Origin: Candidatus Coprovivens sp.
GTDB lineage: Bacteria; Bacillota_I; Bacilli_A; RF39; UBA660
Direction of reading: 5' to 3'
Length of the DNA stretch: 33,415 nucleotides
Assembly: GCA_051892935.1 (NCBI GenBank)
Contig: JBJFGS010000043.1
Coordinates: forward strand, 1 to 33,415
Both the position numbers and the translations under genes were made by a program. Positions within the stretch are counted from its first letter, which is position 1. The number at the start of each line of letters is the position of its first letter. The notes under the pieces are model-generated. The model searched no databases. It was not told the DNA's origin and saw only the letters and a list, made by a program, of their open reading frames with translations. Positions 19,082-27,855 of the stretch are shown piece by piece.

Positions 19082-19903
19082 CTACATAGTAAATTTTTTT
19101 AGTTTTACTTGATTTCTTCCAGCTTCTTTGGCTAGATATAGAGCCATGTCTGCACTATGTTGAATTTGTGATCTAAATAAATCTATTTTTTCCTTATCAC
19201 AAGGAATTGCCTTAATTTGTTTTCTAGAAACATGTATGACACCAAAACTACAGGTAATACTAATTGGTTTTCCTTCAAAAACAATACTTGATGATGCTAT
19301 CTGCTCTCTTATTTGATTCATTCTGTCTAAAGTTATTGTAGCTGGAATATTTTTTAAAACAATTAAGAATTCCTCACCACCAATTCGACCTATTAAATCC
19401 TTTGGTCTTTCATTTGAATGACGCGTATTACCTATTAGAGTATCGGCTATATATCTTAATATATAATCACCAGCAAGATGACCATAAGTGTCATTTACTC
19501 TTTTAAAGTAATCAGCATCAGCAATAATAGTTGAAAATTCTTCTACATCATTTATAGCTTCGCTAATATAATCATTAAATTCTTTGTATATAGCTTTCTT
19601 TATTGTTAAACCTGTTGTTTCATCAGTTTGTAATTCTTTTTCACGTTTTTTATACTCTGTTATTTCTATGTATCTTGTTATTGTATATTTATGATTATTT
19701 TCTATATATGGCATTTGCATTAATCTGTATACTCTTTTAGTAAAAGGATGAATTAATTCTTCTGCTTGATCTTTTTTTATTACTTGTAATTGCTGTGCAT
19801 ATTTAATTAATTGTGGATCACTAGGATAAACAATGTTTCCTTTTTCATCTTGTATTATTATTAACATATCAGAAAATAAATTCATAATATTATTTAGTTG
19901 CAT
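19082..19903 (-). CDS. GGDEF-domain diguanylate cyclase with short N-terminal (possibly PAS-like) region
   Basis: DETTGL, DADYFKRVNDTYGHLAGD, RPKD I-site, RIGGEEF, ADMALYLAKEAGRN. Confidence 0.93.
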   Translation of the reverse strand: MQLNNIMNLFSDMLIIIQDEKGNIVYPSDPQLIKYAQQLQVIKKDQAEELIHPFTKRVYRLMQMPYIENNHKYTITRYIEITEYKKREKELQTDETTGLTIKKAIYKEFNDYISEAINDVEEFSTIIADADYFKRVNDTYGHLAGDYILRYIADTLIGNTRHSNERPKDLIGRIGGEEFLIVLKNIPATITLDRMNQIREQIASSSIVFEGKPISITCSFGVIHVSRKQIKAIPCDKEKIDLFRSQIQHSADMALYLAKEAGRNQVKLKKFTM

Positions 19904-20060
19904 ATTATCACCCCATCTGAATAATATAGATACTACATTTTTTTTATGGATGTGTCAAATTTTCTTTATCAATTATAAAAAATTTGTATAACTAAATTTC
20001 TTATTTATAATTTACATTTAATTCTATATATGTTACAAGTAAAAGTATGGAGGGGATGAG

Positions 20061-22238
20061 ATGCAGTATGGGGCTGAAAAGAATATTTATGATTTAAAAT
20101 GGGAGTTGATGAATTATTTAAATAACCCGAGTCAAAAATATAAAAAATATAAATTTAATGAATTAAGGGCAAAAATGTGTGGAGTAAGAGGATATCGTGC
20201 TGATATGCTTAGAGAGGCTCTTGAAGAATTGGAAATAGAAGGTTTAATAGAGGTAGATAAATCTCGTGGTTTATTTCGCTCTTTTCCACATGATTTGGGA
20301 TACGTTCAGGGTAGAATAAGTATTAACAAACATGATGAAGGTTTTATCATTGATAAAGATGGTAAAAAATATAAAATTAGAACTGAAGACTTAAATGATG
20401 CACTTGATGGTGATATAGTGGTTGTAAAAACTACAAAAAAGATAAGTGAAGGTCATATAGTTTGTAAGGTAGATAGAATTATAAAAAGAAAAGATGGTTT
20501 AGTTGTAGTAGAAGTTACTAAAGGCGATGATGATGAGTTTTATTTAAGACCATTTAATGCGCATTTATCACATCCAATTAAGATAAATGCTATGTCAATG
20601 AAACCTTTGGTTGAAGGCGACAGAATTGTTGTAAAAATTAGCGAACTTACTGATAATAAATGCTATTATGCAGGATTTGTGAAGAATATTGGACACAAAG
20701 ATGATCCTGACGCAGATTTAAAAATAATCGCAATTGAAAACAAAATAGTAATAGATTTTTCGGAAGAAGCTTTAGCTGAGGCTGATAGGCTACCAACGGA
20801 AGTTTCAGATGAAGAAAAAGTTGGCCGTTTGGATTTAACGAACAAGTTAATTTTCTCTATTGATGGTGCTAAAACAAAAGATAGAGATGATGCTGTTAGT
20901 ATTGAATTAAATGAACGTGGTAACTATATCGTCGGTGTTCATATCTCTGATGTTTCACATTATATACATCCTGGTATGAAGTTATGGGAAGAAGCAATGC
21001 AACGTGGTACTAGTGTCTATATGGCAGATACTGTTATTCCTATGTTACCGCATAAGATATCGAATGGAATTTGTTCTTTAAATCCAAATGTTGATCGATT
21101 AACGTTTAGTTGTATTATGGAAGTAACTCCTCAAGGAGAGGTACTTGATTACGACTTCGTTGATACTGTCATTAATTCAAGAAAAGCAATGACTTATGAA
21201 GATGTTAATTTAATATTTGAAAACGGAGAGCTTCCTCAAGGATACGAAGAATTCTATGATTCATTAGAAATGATGCGTAAATTGTCTTCTAGAATGGAAA
21301 AAGTAAAGGAATCTAGAGGTTATGTTAACTTTGGTACTAATGATTTAGAAATTGAAATGGATGAAAATGGTAATCCTCTAGAATTTAAAAATAGGGAGCA
21401 AAAAACTGCTGAAAAAATAATAGAAAACTTAATGCTATTAGCTGGTGAGTGCTATGCAAATTACATGATTATTCCTTCCCCACTTCGTGTCCATGAAGCT
21501 CCAGATGAAGAACGTGTTGAGGAAGCTTTTGATATACTTAAGAAAAGTGGTATTAGAGTAAAGTCTACTCATGATATAGTAAACGGAAAAGTTATTCAGC
21601 AAATATTAAAACAAATAGATGATATTGATGAAAGAAATATTGCTGCACAAATTCTTTTGCGTTCAATGAGTCGAGCAAGGTATGATGTTGAAAATGTTGG
21701 CCATTTTGGATTAGGCCTTCCTATTTATGGTCATTGGACAAGTCCAATTAGACGTGCAGCTGACTTAAGAGGTCATTATAATTTAAGATTACAAAGAGAT
21801 AATAAGTTTATTATAAAAGATGTTGATGAATTCTATAATACTATGGAAGAATTCTGTAGGCATATATCTACAAAAGAAAGAAATGCTGATCAAGCAGAAA
21901 TGGATGCTAATGAGTTTGAAATGATAAAATATATGAAGAATCATTTAGGAGAAAAGTTTAATGCTCATATTACTTATATTAATGGTAGAGTTATGTTTGT
22001 AAAAACTGATGATGGTATTACTGGAAGATTATATCCAGAAGATATTGAAGGAGATGAATTTAAATATAATCCTAAATATTTGTCATATTCTGGAAAGAAA
22101 TGTAATAAAAAAATCAAAATTGGTACTAGATTAGTCCTTACAGCTTTAGATGCTGATAGAGATTTTGGTTCAATAAGCTTCGGAATAGAAAGAGAAGACT
22201 TACAATTAATAAAATCTAGAAAAAGAAATGCATCATAA
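20061..22238 (+). CDS. rnr: RNase R / RNB-family 3'-5' exoribonuclease (divergent)
   Basis: Cold-shock region (ALDGDIV), SIDGAKTKDRDDAVS, VHISDVSHY, RGTSVY, HFGLG..TSPIRR..DL, and a C-terminal S1-like region. Confidence 0.88.
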   Translation: MQYGAEKNIYDLKWELMNYLNNPSQKYKKYKFNELRAKMCGVRGYRADMLREALEELEIEGLIEVDKSRGLFRSFPHDLGYVQGRISINKHDEGFIIDKDGKKYKIRTEDLNDALDGDIVVVKTTKKISEGHIVCKVDRIIKRKDGLVVVEVTKGDDDEFYLRPFNAHLSHPIKINAMSMKPLVEGDRIVVKISELTDNKCYYAGFVKNIGHKDDPDADLKIIAIENKIVIDFSEEALAEADRLPTEVSDEEKVGRLDLTNKLIFSIDGAKTKDRDDAVSIELNERGNYIVGVHISDVSHYIHPGMKLWEEAMQRGTSVYMADTVIPMLPHKISNGICSLNPNVDRLTFSCIMEVTPQGEVLDYDFVDTVINSRKAMTYEDVNLIFENGELPQGYEEFYDSLEMMRKLSSRMEKVKESRGYVNFGTNDLEIEMDENGNPLEFKNREQKTAEKIIENLMLLAGECYANYMIIPSPLRVHEAPDEERVEEAFDILKKSGIRVKSTHDIVNGKVIQQILKQIDDIDERNIAAQILLRSMSRARYDVENVGHFGLGLPIYGHWTSPIRRAADLRGHYNLRLQRDNKFIIKDVDEFYNTMEEFCRHISTKERNADQAEMDANEFEMIKYMKNHLGEKFNAHITYINGRVMFVKTDDGITGRLYPEDIEGDEFKYNPKYLSYSGKKCNKKIKIGTRLVLTALDADRDFGSISFGIEREDLQLIKSRKRNAS

Positions 22239-22263
22239 AAGGAATGTTTAACATTCCTTTTTT
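22237..22263. terminator. Bidirectional terminator after rnr
   Basis: AAAAGGAATGTT-T-AACATTCCTTTTTT. Confidence 0.75.
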
Positions 22264-22267
22264 AGTT

Positions 22268-22495
22268 TTATCTATTAATTACTGCAAGACATATAATCAT
22301 TACTCCAATAACTCCTACAGTTATAACAAGTAATAAAGCATAATCTCCACCTATTGCATTGGCTAGCAAATCGTATGTAACTGATTTTATCATTTCGAAA
22401 AAATCTTTGATTAGTTCTATTATTTCTCTAAATTCTTCTTTTATTTGATCCCAAAATGTTTGTTTTACTAAAAGGTAATTCATAATATTTAGCAT
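22268..22495 (-). CDS. Small hypothetical membrane protein (amphipathic helix plus C-terminal TM)
   Basis: 75-aa ORF with strong GGGAGTGA RBS; converges on the rnr terminator. Confidence 0.75.
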   Translation of the reverse strand: MLNIMNYLLVKQTFWDQIKEEFREIIELIKDFFEMIKSVTYDLLANAIGGDYALLLVITVGVIGVMIICLAVINR

Positions 22496-22545
22496 TTATA
22501 TCACTCCCTTATGATATTAATTTATAAAATAATTATAATATATAC

Positions 22546-22574
22546 TTGCATTTTCTTCAATTATTTGTTATTCT
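22546..22574 (+). promoter_or_regulatory. Sigma-A type promoter for tRNA-His
   Basis: TTGCAT (22546..22551), 17-nt spacer, TATTCT (22569..22574) preceded by an extended -10 TG; 12 nt before the tRNA. Confidence 0.6.
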
Positions 22575-22586
22575 ATGTATACGCAT

Positions 22587-22663
22587 GGCGGGATTGGTGA
22601 AGTGGTTAACACACCAGATTGTGGCTCTGGCACGCGTGGGTTCGATCCCCACATCTCGCCCCA
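22587..22663 (+). tRNA. tRNA-His (GTG)
   Basis: G-1, acceptor stem GCGGGAT/ATCTCGC, anticodon arm CCAGA-TTGTGGC-TCTGG, T-loop GTTCGATCC, C73 and encoded CCA. Confidence 0.97.
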
Positions 22664-22675
22664 TTGTGATAAATT

Positions 22676-22698
22676 ACTAGTCTATTGACTAGTTTTTT
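22676..22698 (+). terminator. Intrinsic terminator of tRNA-His
   Basis: ACTAGTC-TATT-GACTAGT followed by a T-run. Confidence 0.75.
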
Positions 22699-22716
22699 AT
22701 TTTGAAAAAAGATTAA

Positions 22717-23424
22717 TTAGCAATCCGTATAATAATAGTGGGCTATTAGTCTTTTTATCTTACCATTTTCTAACGTTGTTTTATATCCTACTCCATTACG
22801 ATACATTGGAGCATTAGGATTTTCTTCATCATGTATAATTATTTCATTTTTTGTTCTTTTTAAAGAAGTTTTTCCTAATATACTATTTAGAACTTTTTCA
22901 TGTTCTTCTGTATTTTCTTTATTAGGATGATTATTTATATAGTTTATAAAATATTCTTTAACTTCTTTTGCAGTTACTTTTCCTTTAATTTGAATCTCGA
23001 ATATCTTATTATAATAATCTTTGCGACACAATATTTGAAGACAAGGATCAAATACGTATTCAATACCCTTATATTTAAAATTAAGCCAGGAATGATAATA
23101 TGTTTTATTTATATCAAATTTCAAATATCCTCTTTCAATATAAGTGCTGTCATCCATAAATAAAGAAGCTGTTTCTGTCGTTTGCCAACACCAACCTTCT
23201 AACTTACCTTCATTCATTAAATCAATTATATTTCCTTCATATTTTCCAACTATTTCTATATGAAGATTATTAAATAAGTTTTTTAAATAATTAAATACTT
23301 CCTTTGGGACTTTATACATTCTTATTTTAGTGAATCTTTCCATTTCAGTAAGTTGGCTATAATCTTCTTCTTTAAAACTGCTTTGAATATTTTCTATTAT
23401 TGTTTTGATATTCATATAAATCAT
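22717..23424 (-). CDS. Hypothetical protein with a transglutaminase/papain-like Cys-His-Asp triad
   Basis: EGWCWQTT ... YYHSWLNF ... YVFDPC, in the order and spacing typical of transglutaminase-like folds. Confidence 0.65.
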   Translation of the reverse strand: MIYMNIKTIIENIQSSFKEEDYSQLTEMERFTKIRMYKVPKEVFNYLKNLFNNLHIEIVGKYEGNIIDLMNEGKLEGWCWQTTETASLFMDDSTYIERGYLKFDINKTYYHSWLNFKYKGIEYVFDPCLQILCRKDYYNKIFEIQIKGKVTAKEVKEYFINYINNHPNKENTEEHEKVLNSILGKTSLKRTKNEIIIHDEENPNAPMYRNGVGYKTTLENGKIKRLIAHYYYTDC

Positions 23425-23551
23425 TCCTTAAAAATTGATGTTATTGTAACATAATAAAATGTAAATAGTAAACAAATTATTATATAAGATATATTCTATA
23501 TAAATATTAAAGATTTAAAGATGGAATTTTTGTTTTCATTGAGTTAATATA

Positions 23552-23578
23552 AAAAAATACTTTTAAAAAGTATTTTTT
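23552..23578. terminator. Symmetric terminator-like palindrome after the 28-aa ORF
   Basis: AAAAAATACTTTT-A-AAAAGTATTTTTT; the stem is AT-rich. Confidence 0.55.
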
Positions 23579-23663
23579 ATTTTTTATTATAATTTGCTAA
23601 TGTAGTTAGTAATGCTAAGATAGTTGTTATGAGTAAAAAAAGTAAAAATATTAGACTATTCAT
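23577..23663 (-). CDS. Small hydrophobic peptide, 28 aa, MNSLIFLLFLLITTILALLTTLANYNKK (type I toxin-like); not in the ORF track
   Basis: Manual translation. AGGAG RBS 6 nt before the ATG, one TM helix with a KK tail, and a palindrome directly after the stop. Confidence 0.6.
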   Translation of the reverse strand: MNSLIFLLFLLITTILALLTTLANYNKK

Positions 23664-23737
23664 ATAACACTCCTAATTAATTATATTTTTTATAATATTA
23701 ATATATGTTAAAATAACTATTTGAAAAGAGAGATATT

Positions 23738-24793
23738 ATGGTAAAAGATTTATGTTTTGAAATAATACAGACTTGTCCCAATAATTGTCGTTTTTGTTCA
23801 TCTTGTGCTGGAATGGATAAAGATACAATTATTACTTATGATACTTTTAAAAAAGTTATAAATCATTTTATAGAAATTGGTGGTATAGAAGAAATATCTT
23901 TTTCTGGTGGAGAACCTTTTTTGCATCCTGATTTGTTTGATATGATAAAGTATTGTAAAAATTTAGGTATTAGAGTTGTTCTATTTACAAGTGGGGTTAA
24001 AAGAAATAGGCAATTGAGTTATAGTCAGCTATCTATGTTATATAAAGAAATAGAAAAAAAATATAGAAAAATAAAAGATTTACCTGATGATCAAATGAAA
24101 AAATATATAGATTCTGAAATGAATATTTATAGACAATATAATGATAAACAATTTACGGCGATAAGTCGTGAAGAGTTAGAATATTTAAAAGATATCGGTT
24201 TAGATAAAATTGTTTTTGATTTTCAAGGTTCAGAAAGAGAAACTTATGATTATTTAATGGGAAGTAATCACTTTTTAGAAGTTGAACGTTCTATTATAAG
24301 AGCAGCATGTGTAGATTTATATACTGATGTTCATTTTGTTCCCATGAAATTAAATTATAGAGAATTGCCAGATTTAATTGAATTATTAAATATAGCTGGC
24401 ATTAAGAATCTTAGTTTACTTAACTTTGTTCCACAAGGTAGAGGATTAATAAATAAGGATGAACTGATGCTAGACGAAGAAGAAATGAAGGAATTTTCTG
24501 TTATATACGAAAATCGTAAAAATAGTTTCCATGGTACTTTGCGAGTTGGTATTCCTTTAATTAGTGATGATAAACACAAATGTACAGCTGGGCTAGATAA
24601 GTTAGTTATAAAATATGATGGGACTGTTTTACCTTGTCCTGCTTTTAAAGAATATGATATAGAGTTATTAAATAAAATTGGAATAAGGACTCCTAATATA
24701 TATACTAATCTTCAAGATGTTGTTGTTCATAATGGTACTAGAGCTTATCCACTTTGTAAAAAACTTTATGATTTTAATGGAACCATAAAATAA
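23738..24793 (+). CDS. Radical SAM protein with C-terminal SPASM/twitch-like region
   Basis: CPNNCRFC, FSGGEPFLHPD, FVPQGRG, CTAG..IKYDGTVLPCPAF. Confidence 0.9.
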   Translation: MVKDLCFEIIQTCPNNCRFCSSCAGMDKDTIITYDTFKKVINHFIEIGGIEEISFSGGEPFLHPDLFDMIKYCKNLGIRVVLFTSGVKRNRQLSYSQLSMLYKEIEKKYRKIKDLPDDQMKKYIDSEMNIYRQYNDKQFTAISREELEYLKDIGLDKIVFDFQGSERETYDYLMGSNHFLEVERSIIRAACVDLYTDVHFVPMKLNYRELPDLIELLNIAGIKNLSLLNFVPQGRGLINKDELMLDEEEMKEFSVIYENRKNSFHGTLRVGIPLISDDKHKCTAGLDKLVIKYDGTVLPCPAFKEYDIELLNKIGIRTPNIYTNLQDVVVHNGTRAYPLCKKLYDFNGTIK

Positions 24794-24824
24794 AAAGAAC
24801 TATTATTATAAATAAAGTTCTTTT

Positions 24825-25988
24825 TTAGTAATATTGCTTTTTTAACTCATATTCTTTTTCTTTTGATTTGGCAAATTCTTCACTTTGTTTAATGTCTATA
24901 TTAGCAATATCTTTTTCTTCTTGTAGTTTTAAAAATAGTTCATATGCATGAGCATATTCGTGAATATTAATTTTATAAGAAAATTCTGATGAAAGAGTTG
25001 GTACTACAATTCTAAAATTTTGATTATTAGTTTCAGTGAATACTCCCCATATATTTTCATTTAATGGGAATTTAATTCTTTTTACTCTAGTTCTCATAAA
25101 CTCCCAAAATTCATCATGACATATTTCTAAATCAAATAATTCTTTTTTTAGTCTTAATATATTATAAAAATCAATAATTTGTTGTTGATATTCTTTAGGT
25201 AAGTATGATAATGCTTTTATTTTTAAATCTCCTGGTATACCATAATAGCTTTCTGCTATGGAGCAGGAGATGGCAGCTATTGTATCACTATCTCCACCTA
25301 TTGAAATAGACTTTCTTAAACAATCTTCAAAATCATTTGATTCAAGAAAGCAAAAAATTGCTTGTGGAACACTATCAATGGCTTTTGAAGAAAATCTGTA
25401 ATTTCTTTGTAAATCTTCTAAGCTATAGTTAAAAAAATAACCAAAACGTGATTCAATGAAATCTTTTATTTCTTCTTTTGAAAAATTATTACGTGCTAGA
25501 TAAATAGCAGTTGAGACGGCTTGTGCCGATGAAATAGAATCTATATTATTGTGAGTTGGTATTGTCGCTTTTTTGGCTGTTGATAAAACATATTCTAAAT
25601 CATCATAATAGAATCCTACTGGAGATATTCTCATTGCTGCTCCGTTACCATAACTATCTCCTATGTTTTCTTCTCTTAGCCAAGAAATAAATCCTTTACC
25701 GAATCTACTTCTCCCATATTTATCTTTACCTAGTTCAATTTCTTTTAATCCGTATTCTCTTAAAGTTTCTTTAAAATCTATTCCATCTGTTAAAGCTTTT
25801 GAAATTGCTATAGTAAGTATCGTATCATCTGTATATGATGAATCAGTAGTAAATAATGGTGTTTCTCTATCTAGTATTTTTATTCTTTCTTCATAACTTC
25901 TTTTTTTATCATGATTATTTTTTATTGCTTGAACTTCTTCAATTTCGTATACTGATCCTACGATATCTCCGATTATTGCTCCTAACAT
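24825..25988 (-). CDS. ADP-ribosylglycohydrolase (DraG/ARH family) with a C-terminal HExxH-containing extension
   Basis: MLGAIIGDIVGSVYE, YTDDT, GNGAAMRISP, TH, GGDSDTIAAI, AESYYGIP; about 110 extra residues containing IHEYAHAYE. Confidence 0.9.
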   Translation of the reverse strand: MLGAIIGDIVGSVYEIEEVQAIKNNHDKKRSYEERIKILDRETPLFTTDSSYTDDTILTIAISKALTDGIDFKETLREYGLKEIELGKDKYGRSRFGKGFISWLREENIGDSYGNGAAMRISPVGFYYDDLEYVLSTAKKATIPTHNNIDSISSAQAVSTAIYLARNNFSKEEIKDFIESRFGYFFNYSLEDLQRNYRFSSKAIDSVPQAIFCFLESNDFEDCLRKSISIGGDSDTIAAISCSIAESYYGIPGDLKIKALSYLPKEYQQQIIDFYNILRLKKELFDLEICHDEFWEFMRTRVKRIKFPLNENIWGVFTETNNQNFRIVVPTLSSEFSYKINIHEYAHAYELFLKLQEEKDIANIDIKQSEEFAKSKEKEYELKKQYY

Positions 25989-26108
25989 TTTATCACCTCG
26001 TGCTTAATATTATATCTTATTTTTTAGTGAAATATTGGTGAAAAATTGTTTTTTTCTTGTAATTAATTGCAAATACTTGTAAAATTGTGTTAGGGAGGTA
26101 TAGAAAAT

Positions 26109-26819
26109 ATGGCAAAAAGTAAAAAGAAAAATACTTCTGTAAAAGAAGTTGAAGTTATCGAAGATGTAGATACTAAAGAAGTTGAAGATGAAGAACTTGA
26201 AGAAGTTGAAGATGAAGTAGAAGAAGTTGAAGACGAAGTCGAAGAAATTGAAGATGAAGTAGAAGATAATGATGAGGATATATCTTTAGAAGAAAGAATG
26301 GCAAATATAGAAAAGAAGACAAATGCTAATTTCTGGATGACTATTGTTATATTAGTAATTTCTTGTTTTACTCTTATTGTTTCTTTAACAACTAGTAATG
26401 GTTCTAAAGATACAGAGACTAATGCACAAGAAGAAGAAACTACAGGATATGATACTAGTGCATTTAATGCAATTAAGCCTGAAGAAATTGAATCACTATC
26501 TAGCGGTAAAACTATCGTTGTTTGGATAGGATTCCAAGAATGTCAGTTTTGTCAAAAATATGCTCCATTGCTTACTCAAGTAACAAAGGAATATAATATT
26601 ACAGCAAATTATATCGATATTTCAACTATTACTGAAGATGAATTTAATATAATTACATCTTTAACAGGTAAAGGTGATTGGGCTGAATTTGCTGCATCAT
26701 TTACTGGTACTCCATTTACTTTAATTATTAAAAATAATAAAGTTGTTGGTGGTATTAATGGTTATGTTGATGCTGATGGTATTAGAAAAGCATTTGATAA
26801 CGCAGGATTTGAGAAGTAA
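26109..26819 (+). CDS. Membrane-anchored thioredoxin-fold protein with an acidic N-terminus
   Basis: Acidic repeats, one TM helix, CQFC active site and GTP cis-Pro motif; GGGAGG RBS. Confidence 0.85.
   Translation: MAKSKKKNTSVKEVEVIEDVDTKEVEDEELEEVEDEVEEVEDEVEEIEDEVEDNDEDISLEERMANIEKKTNANFWMTIVILVISCFTLIVSLTTSNGSKDTETNAQEEETTGYDTSAFNAIKPEEIESLSSGKTIVVWIGFQECQFCQKYAPLLTQVTKEYNITANYIDISTITEDEFNIITSLTGKGDWAEFAASFTGTPFTLIIKNNKVVGGINGYVDADGIRKAFDNAGFEK
26199..26261 (+). repeat. Three imperfect 21-bp tandem repeats encoding EE(V/I)EDEV
   Basis: GAAGAAGTTGAAGATGAAGTA / GAAGAAGTTGAAGACGAAGTC / GAAGAAATTGAAGATGAAGTA. Confidence 0.85.
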
Positions 26820-26836
26820 TCTCAAATCTTTTTTTT
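26806..26836 (+). terminator. Intrinsic terminator overlapping the thioredoxin gene stop
   Basis: GATTTGAGA-AGTAA-TCTCAAATC followed by a T-run. Confidence 0.75.
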
Positions 26837-26890
26837 ACTAACTTTATTTTTCAATAATATGAATATCATGATATAATTTCTATTATAGAG

Positions 26891-27763
26891 GTGAAAAAAA
26901 TGGTAGAGATGAATGGGAAGGTTCTAAGAGACAAGAAACTTGCCGATTTAAAAGAGAAAATTAATAGCTTAGATTGTCAACTTGGACTGGCTGTGATTCA
27001 AGTTGGTAATGATGAAGCTAGTAAGGTTTACGTTAGACAAAAAGAAAAAACTGCTTTGGAATTGGGCTATAAATTTGTTCATAAAGTATTTAAAGAAGAT
27101 GTCGAACAGGATAAAATTATTAAATATATCAAAAAATTAAATAAAGATGATAGTATAGATGGTATTTTAGTACAAATGCCACTTCCTAATCATTTAGATT
27201 CTACTTTAATACAAAATACAATTGATTCTTATAAAGATGTAGATGGTTTAACATTTATTAATGCTGGAAGACTAGTACAAGGAATGCCTTCATTAGTACC
27301 ATGTACTCCGAAAGGAATTATTGATTTACTTGATGAATATAAAATAAAAATTGAAGGTTCTCAGGTTGTTGTCATAGGAAGAAGTACATTAGTTGGGAAG
27401 CCAATGGCAAATCTTCTTACTAATAGAAATGCTTCGGTTACAATATGTCATTCTAAAACAAAAGATATTAACTTATACACAAAAAATGCTAATATTATAA
27501 TTGTAGCTGTAGGAAAAGCTGGTTATTTAAAAGAAGATATGATTAGTCCTGGAGCTGTGGTTATTGATGTAGGTATTAATAGAGTTAACGGCAAGTTATA
27601 TGGCGATGTTCTTTATGAAGAAGTTGCTAAAAATGCTAGTTATATTACACCTGTACCTGGTGGTGTTGGTCCAATGACAGTATATGAACTAATGCATAAT
27701 GTTTTAGTTGCCCACAATTTAAGACTTAAGTATACTACCAAAAAGAAAACTAAAGAAAAATAG
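26891..27763 (+). CDS. folD: Bifunctional methylenetetrahydrofolate dehydrogenase/cyclohydrolase
   Basis: YVRQK, GILVQMPLP, KDVDG, PCTPKG, GRS.LVGKP, VIDVGINR, TPVPGGVGPMT. Confidence 0.97.
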   Translation: MKKMVEMNGKVLRDKKLADLKEKINSLDCQLGLAVIQVGNDEASKVYVRQKEKTALELGYKFVHKVFKEDVEQDKIIKYIKKLNKDDSIDGILVQMPLPNHLDSTLIQNTIDSYKDVDGLTFINAGRLVQGMPSLVPCTPKGIIDLLDEYKIKIEGSQVVVIGRSTLVGKPMANLLTNRNASVTICHSKTKDINLYTKNANIIIVAVGKAGYLKEDMISPGAVVIDVGINRVNGKLYGDVLYEEVAKNASYITPVPGGVGPMTVYELMHNVLVAHNLRLKYTTKKKTKEK

Positions 27764-27855
27764 TTTTCTTTTTTAAATGAATTATATATAATTAATCTTC
27801 AACTACTCTACTATCTTTTTTTATGGTATTATATGAGAGCGAGGTGAAAACCATT

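Noticed and set aside
23521-23547. 8-codon ORF MEFLFSLS as a radical SAM precursor peptide
   Set aside because: No RBS, very short, and separated from the radical SAM gene by a terminator-like palindrome and an opposite-strand ORF.
22587-26000. Integrative element inserted at tRNA-His
   Set aside because: The downstream genes look accessory, but no integrase and no duplicated tRNA 3' end were found.
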